The translations under genes were made by a program, and so were the position numbers. Below the pieces are notes generated by a model, which worked only from the letters and a program-made list of their open reading frames with translations, had not been told where the DNA came from and made no database searches. Source: Patescibacteria group bacterium AH-259-L05 (GTDB lineage: Bacteria; Patescibacteriota; Patescibacteriia; UBA2591; UBA6264). Taken from it: a stretch of 62,586 nucleotides of DNA. The DNA is taken from assembly GCA_027717985.1 (NCBI GenBank), contig JALLOO010000004.1, positions 1 to 62,586 on the forward strand, given 5' to 3'. Of this stretch, positions 27,939-38,633 are shown one piece after another (position 1 is the stretch's first letter; every line of letters starts with the position of its first letter).

Positions 27939-29522
27939 TCAAGATAAACGCTTTTTCTTAGGAGCCAGTTTTTTGGCAAACACAGTATATAAGACTTCTA
28001 CTTCTTTGAATTTGAAAAGTAAGCTAAGAATAACATAAAATGCAATGCCGCCAATTGCTGCAAGCAAGGCTTGCGTAAACACGCCGGCAAAGGTCTGCAT
28101 GTTTACCACTGATCCTACTGTATATTTAATGATCTGAACAATGATTACCATTAAAATTGAAGCTCCGATAAACCGCGCTACTGAATACATGAGTTGCTTA
28201 TGTTTTAAATGCACCACTTTTTTATCTAAATATACATACAACAGACCAAACTGAACAATGGAAGCAATGGAAAACGCAAGCGCAAGTCCTTTAACACCTA
28301 AAAAGTGAGAAAATACTGCTGCACCAATGGCATTGATGATAAAACTGATAAAGGCAATTTTTACTGGTGTTTTGGTATCCTGAGCTGCATAAAATGCTTT
28401 GGCAAAAATAGGAATCAAACTTTGGGCGAATAATGAAAGGCTAAAAAAACCTAATGTTTGATACGTTAAAATTGTATCGCGCCAGGTAAATGCCCCTGCA
28501 CCGAGAATTATCCTGACAATTTGCGCGCGCAATGCAATAAATAATATGGTGGTAGGAATAATAAGATAAAAAATCTGGCCAATAGCTTTTGAAAATTGCT
28601 TCCGAAATCGTCGATGATCACCAATCGCAAAGGTTTTACTCAAGAGTGGAAATAAAGAAATCGCCAATGAGATACCAAAAATACTCACCGGCACATTTAC
28701 TAAATTAAATGCCAAGTTATATACTGCCACTGCACCAATAGTTATAAAAGAAGCAATAAAGGTAACCACAATAAAATTTAATTGACTTACAATTAATCCG
28801 AAACACCTCGGCACCATTAACGTAACAATCCGTTTTAAGGCAGGATGGGTAAATTCAAGGAGTGGCTTCCATCGATATCCAGTTTTAATCAGCGCAGGAA
28901 CTTGGATTAAAAAATGTAATACTGAACCTAATGCCACACCCCATGCAAGACCGAGCACACCCATTGTTTTAGTAAATATCACAATACCTATAATAATACC
29001 AATGTTATACATCACGGGCGCTATACTGTAGGCTACAAATTTACGAAATGAATTTAATACACTCCCGGCAACATTCGATAAGGTAAAAAATAAAATACCA
29101 ATGAGCATGATGCGGGTAAGACTAATGGTTAAATCTTTCACGCCCTCGCTAAAACCAGGAACGAGGAAGGGAATAAGAATGGGGGCTAATATAAAAAATA
29201 AAGCAGTAAAAAAGAAAATAATTAAAAACAATATATTTAAAACAGAATTAGTAATGCGCCACGCCTGCTCCTTATCATAGGAAAAATACTCTAAAAAAAC
29301 GGGAATAAACGCGGCTGAGAGCGCACCTAATACAAGGGTATGAAAAATTAAATCAGGAAGACGAAACGCAGCATAGTATGCATCTAATACTTCACCGGCG
29401 CCGAACGAAGAAGAGAGTAACCGATCACGAAATAATCCTAAGAGTCGTGAAAAAATAGAAAAAAGAGCAATAATCATTGCTCCGCCAGTGATCGTATTTT
29501 CAATATTATTTATCTTGAACAT
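27939..29522 (-). CDS. murJ: Lipid II flippase MurJ
   Basis: SRLLGLFRD, AAFRLPD, GALSAAFIP, AFYA-x-QDTKTP. Confidence 0.96.
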   Translation of the reverse strand: MFKINNIENTITGGAMIIALFSIFSRLLGLFRDRLLSSSFGAGEVLDAYYAAFRLPDLIFHTLVLGALSAAFIPVFLEYFSYDKEQAWRITNSVLNILFLIIFFFTALFFILAPILIPFLVPGFSEGVKDLTISLTRIMLIGILFFTLSNVAGSVLNSFRKFVAYSIAPVMYNIGIIIGIVIFTKTMGVLGLAWGVALGSVLHFLIQVPALIKTGYRWKPLLEFTHPALKRIVTLMVPRCFGLIVSQLNFIVVTFIASFITIGAVAVYNLAFNLVNVPVSIFGISLAISLFPLLSKTFAIGDHRRFRKQFSKAIGQIFYLIIPTTILFIALRAQIVRIILGAGAFTWRDTILTYQTLGFFSLSLFAQSLIPIFAKAFYAAQDTKTPVKIAFISFIINAIGAAVFSHFLGVKGLALAFSIASIVQFGLLYVYLDKKVVHLKHKQLMYSVARFIGASILMVIIVQIIKYTVGSVVNMQTFAGVFTQALLAAIGGIAFYVILSLLFKFKEVEVLYTVFAKKLAPKKKRLS

Positions 29523-30600
29523 GATTTTTCACCAATGATTGTATTTTTGATTTAAATTGATCTTTTGAAAAGGTGCGTGCATGATTTTGTATTATTTGAG
29601 CATCAAACTCATTACTCTTAAACTTAATCACTGCCTCAGCCAGGCTTTCCCAGGTCTGCTCATTAAAAAATACACCGGTTCTACCCTCAACTATAGTCTC
29701 TAACGCCCCACCTCCCTTATACGCAATCACGGGGCGCCCGCTTGCCATTGCCTCTAATGGCACAATGCCAAAATCTTCTTCTTGCGGATGAATCAATGCT
29801 TTACAATGAGAAAGATATTGCACTTTTTCTCTATCGTTAACAAATCCTAAAAACTCAATATATGGCCCGGCTATTTTTTTAAGCATGGTGTCATCACCTG
29901 TACCAATAATTTTTAACGGAATCTTTAACTTATTAAATGCTTTAATCGCGCAATCCACTCGTTTATATGGACGAAATCGAGAAATGAGTAAAAAATAATC
30001 ATCAATCTTGGATGAAATTTTAAACTTATCTGTCTCAACTGGTGGATGAATAACCGTATCTGGTTTTCGACGATAATATTTTTCAATTCTGCGCGCAACA
30101 AAATCAGAATTCGCAATAATATAGTCAGGCCGTTGAGCAGCAATAAAATCCCACTGGCGTAAATATGTTAAAATAGGAGGGAGTATTTTTTTAAACAATT
30201 TCTCAGCCCCTGATAAGCCTTCGAGGTATTTATATGTATCAGACCACAAGTACCGGGTTGGTGAATGAATATATGAAATATGAACTGTATTCGGCTGAGT
30301 AATCACACCCTTACTATACGCTGAACTATCTGAAATAACAAGATTAAAATCAGACAAATCAAATCGTTCAATTGCTGCAGACATTAACGATAAATACCAG
30401 CGATATTTTTTTATGGCAAACGGTAAATTAGCAATGGGAGAAACCTTAATATCCCAGCCTTTAAATATATCACCTACTGCTTTTTTATCATAAAATAAGG
30501 TAAAAACAGGTGCTTTTGGCCATATTTCATGAAATGCCTCAAGCACTTTTTCTGCGCCGCCATATTGGGTTAAAAAATCATGGACTAAAGCTACTCTCAT
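29506..30600 (-). CDS. Glycosyltransferase family 4
   Basis: HDFLTQYGGAEKV, EDFGIVPLEAMASG. Confidence 0.93.
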   Translation of the reverse strand: MRVALVHDFLTQYGGAEKVLEAFHEIWPKAPVFTLFYDKKAVGDIFKGWDIKVSPIANLPFAIKKYRWYLSLMSAAIERFDLSDFNLVISDSSAYSKGVITQPNTVHISYIHSPTRYLWSDTYKYLEGLSGAEKLFKKILPPILTYLRQWDFIAAQRPDYIIANSDFVARRIEKYYRRKPDTVIHPPVETDKFKISSKIDDYFLLISRFRPYKRVDCAIKAFNKLKIPLKIIGTGDDTMLKKIAGPYIEFLGFVNDREKVQYLSHCKALIHPQEEDFGIVPLEAMASGRPVIAYKGGGALETIVEGRTGVFFNEQTWESLAEAVIKFKSNEFDAQIIQNHARTFSKDQFKSKIQSLVKNHVQDK

Positions 30601-31475
30601 TTTGTTCTTTTAAACAATAAAAACTGACTCGCAATAGCAATGGATGAATACGTACCAATACCAATGCCAACCATCATCGCAAGTACAAAATTTTGAATTG
30701 ACGCTCCGCCAAATAAATAAACAACCAATAAGACAAAAAGGGTGGTCAGCGAGGTATTTAATGATCGCACAATAGTCTCGTTAAGAGATACGTTAATCGC
30801 CTCCTCCATAGTCTTAAACGAATGGGTTAATAAATTTTCTCGAATACGGTCATAAATTACAATGGTATCATTTACTGAATATCCAAGCACGATTAAAATT
30901 GCGGTAATAAATGCCGTATTTATTTCCGCTCCTTTAAAATATCCCATAAGTGCAAAAAATCCTAGCAAAATTAGAACATCATGAAATAATGCTAAGAGCG
31001 CTCCTAAACCATAACGCCATGATTCTCCTTTTTTTGCAATCTTTGACAATTTTCGAAATGCCCAGGCAATATAAAGGATAATTGCAATTAAGGCTAACGC
31101 TATTGTCCATTGCACTTTTTGCGTTAGCTCTTTGCCAATGACAGGTCCAATTGATTCAAACCGTACCTCTTCAGGATCATCTAAGACAGCTAAAATTTCT
31201 TGATGTGTCTTTTCATCAACGTCTTTAAATCGTATAAGATACCCTTTTGTTCCTGTTGCCTGAATCTTCACCTTTCCTATTTCAAAACCTGATAAACGCT
31301 CTTGAATTTCATCACTTGAAAGAGTCACCTCTATATACTCGATCTCCATCATAGATCCGCCCGTAAAATCAATACCTGGTTTGAGCCCAAAAATAAGCAA
31401 AGACAAAATTGAAATACCAAGCAGAACACCTGAGATAATAAAGAATGTTTTACGATGAGAAACAAAATCAAACAT
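30597..31475 (-). CDS. secF: Protein translocase subunit SecF
   Basis: GIDFTGG, GYSVNDTIVIYDRIRE, RSLNTS. Confidence 0.97.
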   Translation of the reverse strand: MFDFVSHRKTFFIISGVLLGISILSLLIFGLKPGIDFTGGSMMEIEYIEVTLSSDEIQERLSGFEIGKVKIQATGTKGYLIRFKDVDEKTHQEILAVLDDPEEVRFESIGPVIGKELTQKVQWTIALALIAIILYIAWAFRKLSKIAKKGESWRYGLGALLALFHDVLILLGFFALMGYFKGAEINTAFITAILIVLGYSVNDTIVIYDRIRENLLTHSFKTMEEAINVSLNETIVRSLNTSLTTLFVLLVVYLFGGASIQNFVLAMMVGIGIGTYSSIAIASQFLLFKRTK

Positions 31476-31478
31476 GGG

Positions 31479-33155
31479 TTATTTTGTGGTTAATTTTAAA
31501 AACGTTTTGGTTACCACAATAGCGGTAAACATGCTCATTAAAATCCCAATGCCTAACGTGAGTCCAAATCCGCGCACCAAGCCTGTCCCAAACTGATATA
31601 AAATAAAACACACAATCAACGTGGTGATATTCCCATCTCGAATTGCAGTCCATGCATGCGCAATTCCGTCATCAATGGCAGTCTTTAATGGTTTGCCTAA
31701 GCGCTCTTCATCTTTAATGCGCTCAAAAATTAAAATATTGGCATCAACCGCCATACCCAACGATAAAATAAATCCGGCTACCCCTGCTAAAGTCAAAGTA
31801 ACAGGGATAAGTTTAAATAATGCCATGACAATCAAGATATAAATAAACAGCGCCACCGAGGCAAGCAATCCTCGAAACCGGTACAATGATATCATCAATA
31901 TCACAATAATTATAAAGCCCAGGATGCCTGCCACAAAACTTTTTTGCACAGAAATCTTTCCCAAGCTCGGTCCAACATTTTGCTGGCTGATAAGTGTAAT
32001 AGGGACAGGCAATGCTCCTGCTTCAAGCCGCTGTGCAAGCTGCCGCGCCTCTGGTACTGAAAAGTCACCAGTAATTACTGCGCGACCAGTGGTAATTGCT
32101 TCACGTACATTAGGAATGCTTAACGGGCTATTATCTAAAAAAATCGCCACTGGTTTTCCTACGTTTCGTGTGGTAATTTCACCAAAGAGCTTTGTTCCCT
32201 CATCATTAAACTCTAATGATATTTCTGGCTGGTTGGTCTGGGAGTTAAATGAAACAAATGCCGCTTTTAACTGCTTTCCTGTCAGCCCTGTATATTGCCA
32301 TTGTGCAATTGATTGTTTTGCTATCTCTTCTGTTAGAATGGCAATCAAAATATGACTAGCTCGTACCTCTGGGCGTGGCTCTACCTCTGTTTCTCCGCCT
32401 TCTTCTCCCTCTACCTCTACCGATACCTCTGGACTAATAACCCTTTCATCAGTTTTATAAATAATATGATAGCCAAATTGACTTTGTACCAGCTCTTTTG
32501 TAATCTCTCCTACTGCTAAGTCCTCAAATACTGCTTTCTCAAACTTGGGGATCATGGCTCCTTTGCCAAACCATCCTAAGTCTCCGCCTTGATCTTTTGA
32601 GCCAGGATCTTCTGAATACTGCTTCGCTAATGTGTCAAAATCAGCGCCCTCAACCAAAGCTTGTACTAAGATATCCTGTGTGCGCTCTTTTGCCTTTTGA
32701 TTATACTCCTCAATTTGCTGTTTTTCTTCCTGCGTAAGATCTCTCTCAGGTGCTGGCTCTTTAAATTCTAAAATAGGCGTCTCGCCAATCATTCCAATCG
32801 CCTCATTAACATCTTTGACGCCGGGGAGCTCGACAATGAGCCGCCATTTATCTTTTACTTTTGCGGTTTGAATCACGGGCTCAGCCACCCCAAAAATATT
32901 TACCCGACGTTCTATAACATCACGGACTCCTTCAATCGCGGAGGTCCGTTGATTTGAAGGAATATCACTCATATCAGCTGAAAACATGAGCTGTGTCCCA
33001 CCTTGGAGATCAAGACCTAAATGTATAGATTGTTTTGAAAACCACGCATTGCCGGGAATCCATGACGGTAGTTGCGGAATATCAACTAAAAACGCAAAAA
33101 GCGCCAATGCAATAATTACAACAAAAGTTGTCCACAATTTATTATGCTGATCCAT
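31479..33155 (-). CDS. secD: Protein translocase subunit SecD with an inserted parvulin PPIase domain
   Basis: [25 protein letters not shown]; insert carries SEDPGS-x3-[19 protein letters not shown]. Confidence 0.95.
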   Translation of the reverse strand: MDQHNKLWTTFVVIIALALFAFLVDIPQLPSWIPGNAWFSKQSIHLGLDLQGGTQLMFSADMSDIPSNQRTSAIEGVRDVIERRVNIFGVAEPVIQTAKVKDKWRLIVELPGVKDVNEAIGMIGETPILEFKEPAPERDLTQEEKQQIEEYNQKAKERTQDILVQALVEGADFDTLAKQYSEDPGSKDQGGDLGWFGKGAMIPKFEKAVFEDLAVGEITKELVQSQFGYHIIYKTDERVISPEVSVEVEGEEGGETEVEPRPEVRASHILIAILTEEIAKQSIAQWQYTGLTGKQLKAAFVSFNSQTNQPEISLEFNDEGTKLFGEITTRNVGKPVAIFLDNSPLSIPNVREAITTGRAVITGDFSVPEARQLAQRLEAGALPVPITLISQQNVGPSLGKISVQKSFVAGILGFIIIVILMISLYRFRGLLASVALFIYILIVMALFKLIPVTLTLAGVAGFILSLGMAVDANILIFERIKDEERLGKPLKTAIDDGIAHAWTAIRDGNITTLIVCFILYQFGTGLVRGFGLTLGIGILMSMFTAIVVTKTFLKLTTK

Positions 33156-33268
33156 AAACGTGCTATATCATTATACTATTGTAACATTTAAACAAAATAT
33201 TACAATACGAATTTATTTACTGATCCATTTTCTTAAAGTTTGGATACAAATCTCATTCCTTACAAGGT

Positions 33269-34729
33269 TCAAGGTTCTGCGAACGGAGTGAGCAGGTTCT
33301 TATAAAGAATAACGCCCCTTTTATCATAAATCTTTTGGTAGCCCTCATCTTGCTCAATTTCTTGCCACCTCGTATATGCTGCTTCCCTATATTCTATATC
33401 ATTGCTCAACTGCAAATTAGTAATGCTTAATATTATATATTCACTATTATTTTCTTCTGGGAATAATAAAATATTATCTCTATTTGTTAAGTGCGGAACA
33501 AGAGCATTCTCCGCGCTTACTGAAGCATTATAAGGTATTAATTTTATTGCTTCCATTAGCTCATTTCTTTTACTGAGATCTGTTGAATAATAACTTGGGA
33601 GAAAAATTCTTGTCAATTTTGATCCATCAAAAAAGTGGACGTTAAGCAATAAAAATATATTTGCAAACAAGAGAATACATATAAAAGAATACTTTAAAAA
33701 CGGATACGCAATTGCCTTTCTCAATCGGTGGATTGCCGCCATTGCCCCTATAGAAATAATAGGCGCAAATTCAACAAAATAATGAAATCCATAGTCAACT
33801 CTATACTTCTCCACACTGCTTGAAAGAAAATTGCGAAACAATAAAGGCACGGCTAATAACAAATACTTGGGTCTTAAAAAAACAAGTACTCCACCAGAAG
33901 CCAAAAGAAACATCATGGACTCTCTTTTTATTTCCGAGTTAAATAACAAAGAAATAGTATATAAGGGCCGTGCAATAATATTTTTTAAAATCTCAAATGG
34001 CGATGAACCTTCATAAATTGACAAATGAACATATGATCCGCCATTTGCAAAATAAGGAACAAATACCTTAATAACTAGAAAAAAATATATACTAGATATT
34101 ATAATAGTAATGATTCCGTGAATTTTAAATTTTTTCTCTTCAAAAAGTATAAGAGCAAGCCCTAAAAATACTGCTATAAAGGCGAGGTCTTCTCGAGAAA
34201 TTAATAATAAAAATAAAAAAACATAATAGAACCCTATCTTTTGTTTTTTTAAAAAATACAACAACCAGGGCAAAAACATTATTCCCACGACATTATTATG
34301 ATACCCAAATGCAAGAGCTATAAAAATTCCGAAAAAAGAATAAAACAACAATAGCCCAACAATAGAAAGAATTTTATCTTGCGTTTCTTCTTTTAAAAAT
34401 AATAAAACGCCTATGCCGCCAAAGATTACAGCAAAAATTTGAACAATAAGCAAGGTATATGTTTTGAATAAAAAATATAACGGTGCTAGTAAAATTAAAA
34501 TCAATTCAAAATGATCTGCTAAGAGCGTAGGCACATCTCGAATAGTATTAGGCCCTAAATTAAAGTGAGCATAATGGTAAAGTGTTTGATTAAAAATGCT
34601 TAAATCCCATGCAGTGGTACGAAAATTATAATGCGGAACCAATGATATTAAACTATATAAGATAAAAAATACCATTATTAAAAAAATAATAGCGTTGCGA
34701 AAATTTTTATTTTGGGCTTTTAACTTCAT
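33269..34729 (-). CDS. DUF2079-like multi-pass membrane protein (GT-C-like)
   Basis: WDLSIFNQ, LADHFE, REDLA, HL-x-NR motifs with many TM helices. Confidence 0.75.
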   Translation of the reverse strand: MKLKAQNKNFRNAIIFLIMVFFILYSLISLVPHYNFRTTAWDLSIFNQTLYHYAHFNLGPNTIRDVPTLLADHFELILILLAPLYFLFKTYTLLIVQIFAVIFGGIGVLLFLKEETQDKILSIVGLLLFYSFFGIFIALAFGYHNNVVGIMFLPWLLYFLKKQKIGFYYVFLFLLLISREDLAFIAVFLGLALILFEEKKFKIHGIITIIISSIYFFLVIKVFVPYFANGGSYVHLSIYEGSSPFEILKNIIARPLYTISLLFNSEIKRESMMFLLASGGVLVFLRPKYLLLAVPLLFRNFLSSSVEKYRVDYGFHYFVEFAPIISIGAMAAIHRLRKAIAYPFLKYSFICILLFANIFLLLNVHFFDGSKLTRIFLPSYYSTDLSKRNELMEAIKLIPYNASVSAENALVPHLTNRDNILLFPEENNSEYIILSITNLQLSNDIEYREAAYTRWQEIEQDEGYQKIYDKRGVILYKNLLTPFAEP

Positions 34730-34748
34730 ACTAATGAGTTCACAATAA

Positions 34749-35504
34749 TTAATGTCTTGCGTAGTCTTGGGGTGAGGACTTTTGAGCTATACATATAATT
34801 GAAACCCCGAATGGAAAATTAAGGAATCTTAATAAAAAAGCTTCGAATTGTAGGGCCAAAACAAAAAAATTATTAATAAATTTAGGGAGTGTAATATAGG
34901 CAATATTCTTTTTGTCTTTAGTGGGGAAAATTTTTCTCGCCGTTCGATATACCAAAACAATAGGAAACACAAAGCTGATAATATAACTCATTTTAATAAT
35001 ATCAAAACCCGCATCCTGCATTTTGTTTAAAAAACTTGAAAACAAATATCTTCTGTGATGATGCAGGACCTCATCATGCTCGCTCCAAAGAAACTGATAA
35101 GCAGGAACAGTTGCTAAAAAGTAGCCGCCTGGTTTTAAAATTCTCCAAGTTTCTTTAATAGCCTTTTTGTCGTTCTCGATATGTTCTAATACATCCATGG
35201 CCACAACCAAATCAAATGTTTTGTCAGAAACATTAATACGCTCCGCCGTTGATAAAATTAAATTATTAAATCCTCTTTTCCGACAAAAATTTAAAGCTTC
35301 TTCAGAAATATCTAGTCCTGTAACCTTCCCCCATCTACTTAAAACCTCTAAATTTCCGCCGGTCCCGCAGCCAATTTCTAAAATTTGATTTTCATTATTT
35401 TTTAAAAATCTTCTAAGCAAAGAGGATAAAATCTTTCTTCTCCCAACATGCCACCAATAAAACTGTTCAAATTTATATAACTTTTGTATTTCTTCGCTAT
35501 TCAT
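34749..35504 (-). CDS. Class I SAM-dependent methyltransferase
   Basis: LEIGCGTG, DVLEH, LKPGG. Confidence 0.9.
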   Translation of the reverse strand: MNSEEIQKLYKFEQFYWWHVGRRKILSSLLRRFLKNNENQILEIGCGTGGNLEVLSRWGKVTGLDISEEALNFCRKRGFNNLILSTAERINVSDKTFDLVVAMDVLEHIENDKKAIKETWRILKPGGYFLATVPAYQFLWSEHDEVLHHHRRYLFSSFLNKMQDAGFDIIKMSYIISFVFPIVLVYRTARKIFPTKDKKNIAYITLPKFINNFFVLALQFEAFLLRFLNFPFGVSIICIAQKSSPQDYARH

Positions 35505-35527
35505 ATATATTACAAAATTTTGGATAA

Positions 35528-35980
35528 TTATCTCTCTTTTGCTTTTTGAAATTTATCTACCAGCCAGGAACTGGATTGCAGTTTGCCTCCTTTACCTACA
35601 TTAAATATCATTTTACATCCTATTTTTTTACAAGTTGCAACTTCAGGGATATTTTTTTTAGTTCGATCACCGCCATTGGCAAAAATATCAGGGTGTATGA
35701 TTTCAAGCTCTTTACACACGCTCATATCTTTTGGATGTTCAGGATGCTGCGTCAGAACAACCTCATCAACACTGGCGAGTTCCTCAATAATTTCTTTTCG
35801 TTCCGCTCCTGGCATGAAAACATGCCCTTTTTTCTTTATAAGCCAATTATCATTATTGAGAATGACAATAAGCTTGTCGCCCAGTTTACGCGCTGCTCGA
35901 AACAAACGAACATGTCCAATGTGAATTGGATCCCAACCTCCACTCACGGCAACCACAACTTGTTTTTTGTTTTTATTCAT
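35528..35980 (-). CDS. Cytidylyltransferase-like (HIGH) nucleotidyltransferase
   Basis: SGGWDPIHIGH, FANGGDR, QSSSWL. Confidence 0.9.
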   Translation of the reverse strand: MNKNKKQVVVAVSGGWDPIHIGHVRLFRAARKLGDKLIVILNNDNWLIKKKGHVFMPGAERKEIIEELASVDEVVLTQHPEHPKDMSVCKELEIIHPDIFANGGDRTKKNIPEVATCKKIGCKMIFNVGKGGKLQSSSWLVDKFQKAKER

Positions 35981-36062
35981 AGCTATTGACATAAATTAAT
36001 TCTTATGATAAACTATATACATCGTTCGTTAACGTTCATCTCTTTAGAGGAGGAAAGCTAAG

Positions 36063-36434
36063 ATGACATATCTCCGATGTGTGATAAGAAATAGATTCAC
36101 GTTTTGTGGTTTTATCATGCTATTCCTATTTATCCCCTTGACGCTGTACTTTGTATCGCTTGGGACTGTCTATCCTTGGCCTGCCAAGCCCATTTTTATC
36201 CTTATGACCATTTGCTTTGTGTCTGGCCTTCTCCTTTTGGCGGCAACAGGATATGGAGAGTCAACATATGATATGTATAAGAGGACTATCAGTCATATAC
36301 AAAGCCATGGAAAACTGGGTAAACGGTTTGGACGTAAAGTGCCTCATGAATATTGTGATCAAATAGGATTCAAAATAGCGCTTAAGGATTTAGGAATAGA
36401 GCAACCCTCCAACCATCCAGCCACGAAGTCTTAA
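36063..36434 (+). CDS. Hypothetical two-TM protein
   Basis: Own promoter TTGACA-N17-TAAACT and SD GAGGAGG. Confidence 0.7.
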   Translation: MTYLRCVIRNRFTFCGFIMLFLFIPLTLYFVSLGTVYPWPAKPIFILMTICFVSGLLLLAATGYGESTYDMYKRTISHIQSHGKLGKRFGRKVPHEYCDQIGFKIALKDLGIEQPSNHPATKS

Positions 36435-36455
36435 AAACGATTCTCGTGGCTTTTG
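36418..36455 (+). repeat. 38-bp direct repeat, left flank of AbiE module 1 (partner 37921-37958)
   Basis: CAGCCACGAAGTCTTAAAAA-N7-CGTGGCTTTTG, 33 of 38 positions identical. Confidence 0.85.
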
Positions 36456-36471
36456 TTTTTAACGAAATAAG

Positions 36472-37200
36472 CTATACAAATCTTTTTATCTCTTTTATCA
36501 GCTGAGATTTAAAATCTTTTAAAATTATTTGATGACTTATAGGTAAAAATTCTTTTATTCCTTTTCTGAAATCTGTTTGTGATCTTTTTAGCTTTTCCAA
36601 AAACCCTGGAAGCAATTTTTTATGTTTTGCTTCTAATATATTAGCGCGAAGCAAAAAATATAAATCGTACCAATCTCTGGCTTTTGCGCGTGCTAAAAGA
36701 GCAGATAACTTTCCATCAATAAGTTTAGATTGGGGAACTTGATACACATCATAATGAGGTATATACTCATTTTTTACTCTGGAAACAGTGCCCCGGCTTT
36801 TCTGCTTTCTAATACGAAAAGAAATCTCTATCACCAGAATCAAACTAAAATCGGAAAAAGAAAAATTTATTTTACTTAAATATCCGCCCGTAGTTTTTTT
36901 AGCTTCTATTATTTCAAGTTCAAATCCCCATGCATTTAAATTAGCTAAAGTTTCCATTAGCAAATCTTCTATCTCGCGGTATCTAATATTATTTATTCCT
37001 GTAAAGTCTATATCTCTAGAATATCTTGGACTTTGATAAATTAAACGCAAAGCTGTTCCCCCTTTAAACAACAATCTATCTGAATTCTTCAGTTTATAAA
37101 ATTCTGATAAAAAACAATTCTGGACATACTCACGAGCAATGTTCAGTGTAGACGTCTGATGCCTAGCAGATAATCGTTTTACTTCTTCTGCGCTGATCAT
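36472..37200 (-). CDS. AbiEii-family nucleotidyltransferase toxin (type IV TA)
   Basis: FKGGTAL, RYSRDIDF, R-x-KARDWYD. Confidence 0.9.
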   Translation of the reverse strand: MISAEEVKRLSARHQTSTLNIAREYVQNCFLSEFYKLKNSDRLLFKGGTALRLIYQSPRYSRDIDFTGINNIRYREIEDLLMETLANLNAWGFELEIIEAKKTTGGYLSKINFSFSDFSLILVIEISFRIRKQKSRGTVSRVKNEYIPHYDVYQVPQSKLIDGKLSALLARAKARDWYDLYFLLRANILEAKHKKLLPGFLEKLKRSQTDFRKGIKEFLPISHQIILKDFKSQLIKEIKRFV

Positions 37201-37792
37201 AAATTTTATTAACTAATTTAGATAAAGATTTTCTTTTAAATAATTGGGCATAGGTAATTAATTTACTTTTTGATAACCTGCTTACATCTAAACGGTCGTA
37301 GATTACTTTCTTGCCTAAATTAACAAAATAAAGATAATCAACAAAAGCCTTTTCTGGCTCAGCAATTAAAACAATATTGTCATGTATTGACTTTCTTAGA
37401 TAACCTTTAAAAGCAGATTTTTTAATTTTACTATATGTGTAAGATACATTATTGACCACGAATTCACGCGTCTGCTTAGTTGTAACAGAGGTAACCGTAT
37501 AGACCGTGTCAGGAAGTATTGAAAAATACATCATTGCATATTCAAGGGAAAGATACGAGGGGCTATACATTCTGTTAGCAATTTCTAATTCTGACGGTGG
37601 ATGCATCTTAAGCGCGTAAAGACCGTTCTTTAACTTTATAAAAAAATCATCTTTCAAATGGTAGTTTATGAAAAAGCTAGCTGCATTTTCTGTAACATCA
37701 AAGAGTCTCCTGAATTCTAAAGGAGAAAAAATCGGGATACCTTTCTCAAGTAATTTCCTTTGGACTTTGATTGGATTTAGCTTTTTTGACAT
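37163..37792 (-). CDS. AbiEi-family antitoxin / transcriptional regulator
   Basis: LKNGLY, PSYLSLE, AEPEKAFVDYLY; overlaps the toxin gene. Confidence 0.85.
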   Translation of the reverse strand: MSKKLNPIKVQRKLLEKGIPIFSPLEFRRLFDVTENAASFFINYHLKDDFFIKLKNGLYALKMHPPSELEIANRMYSPSYLSLEYAMMYFSILPDTVYTVTSVTTKQTREFVVNNVSYTYSKIKKSAFKGYLRKSIHDNIVLIAEPEKAFVDYLYFVNLGKKVIYDRLDVSRLSKSKLITYAQLFKRKSLSKLVNKIYDQRRRSKTIIC

Positions 37793-37920
37793 AGATTTAT
37801 ACAGTTTCGTTTTTTGTAGTAAATTCTAAAAAAAATAAAACGTCTTTAGTTCATTTTATCTTTTTTAAAGACGTTGTCAATATGGTTAAAATCCTCGCCT
37901 GTGGATAACTCATATCACCT

Positions 37921-37958
37921 CAGCCACGAAGTCTTAAAAATGACATGCGTGGCTTTTG
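37921..37958 (+). repeat. 38-bp direct repeat, right flank of AbiE module 1
   Basis: Matches 36418-36455. Confidence 0.85.
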
Positions 37959-37969
37959 CTTTTTCCTTA

Positions 37970-38623
37970 CTAAATTCTTATTTCCTTGCCCTTGCCAACT
38001 AATTTTATCTTGCTATTTCTTACAAGGAGAGCTTGGTCATTAGTCAGTATTTTAACAGGATACTTAGTATTCTCAATGTACTTTTTAAGGACATTTTTCC
38101 ATTCCGGCCGATAATGTGCCTTTACTATAAAGGGCACGAGGTTAAGAGCGCTCAGATCAATAACGCCATAATTATCTTTGATTTTTTTGCCCGGAAGTTC
38201 CCATCGAGACATCTCAATTGTTGGGCATACAATATATGCACCTGCACTTGATCCAATATATACGATACCATTCTCTACTAAATCTTTTATTACTTTATCA
38301 AATCCGCTCTCACGAACATATTTTAATAGATAAAACGTATTGCCGCCATCAACATACACTGCGTCTTTATTTTTTAGTACTTCATACAATTCTTTTTCAT
38401 CTTTTCCCTCAATGTCTATCTCTTCAAAATTATATCCTAAATCAAGCATTTTTTGCTTATGTCTATCTATATAAGATTTATCATCAACACCATCTGACGC
38501 AGTGGTGACATATGCAATTTTAATTTGATCAAGCGGCTTTAAAAATGCTTTATATTTATGCAATATTTTAAAACCCTGCTCTATAACAAACGAACCGCTT
38601 GACGCTAATAATAAAGTTTTCAT
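37970..38623 (-). CDS. Peptidase S51 (dipeptidase E-like)
   Basis: GGNTFYLL, GSSAGA, AHY. Confidence 0.88.
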   Translation of the reverse strand: MKTLLLASSGSFVIEQGFKILHKYKAFLKPLDQIKIAYVTTASDGVDDKSYIDRHKQKMLDLGYNFEEIDIEGKDEKELYEVLKNKDAVYVDGGNTFYLLKYVRESGFDKVIKDLVENGIVYIGSSAGAYIVCPTIEMSRWELPGKKIKDNYGVIDLSALNLVPFIVKAHYRPEWKNVLKKYIENTKYPVKILTNDQALLVRNSKIKLVGKGKEIRI

Positions 38624-38633
38624 AATTTCCTCG

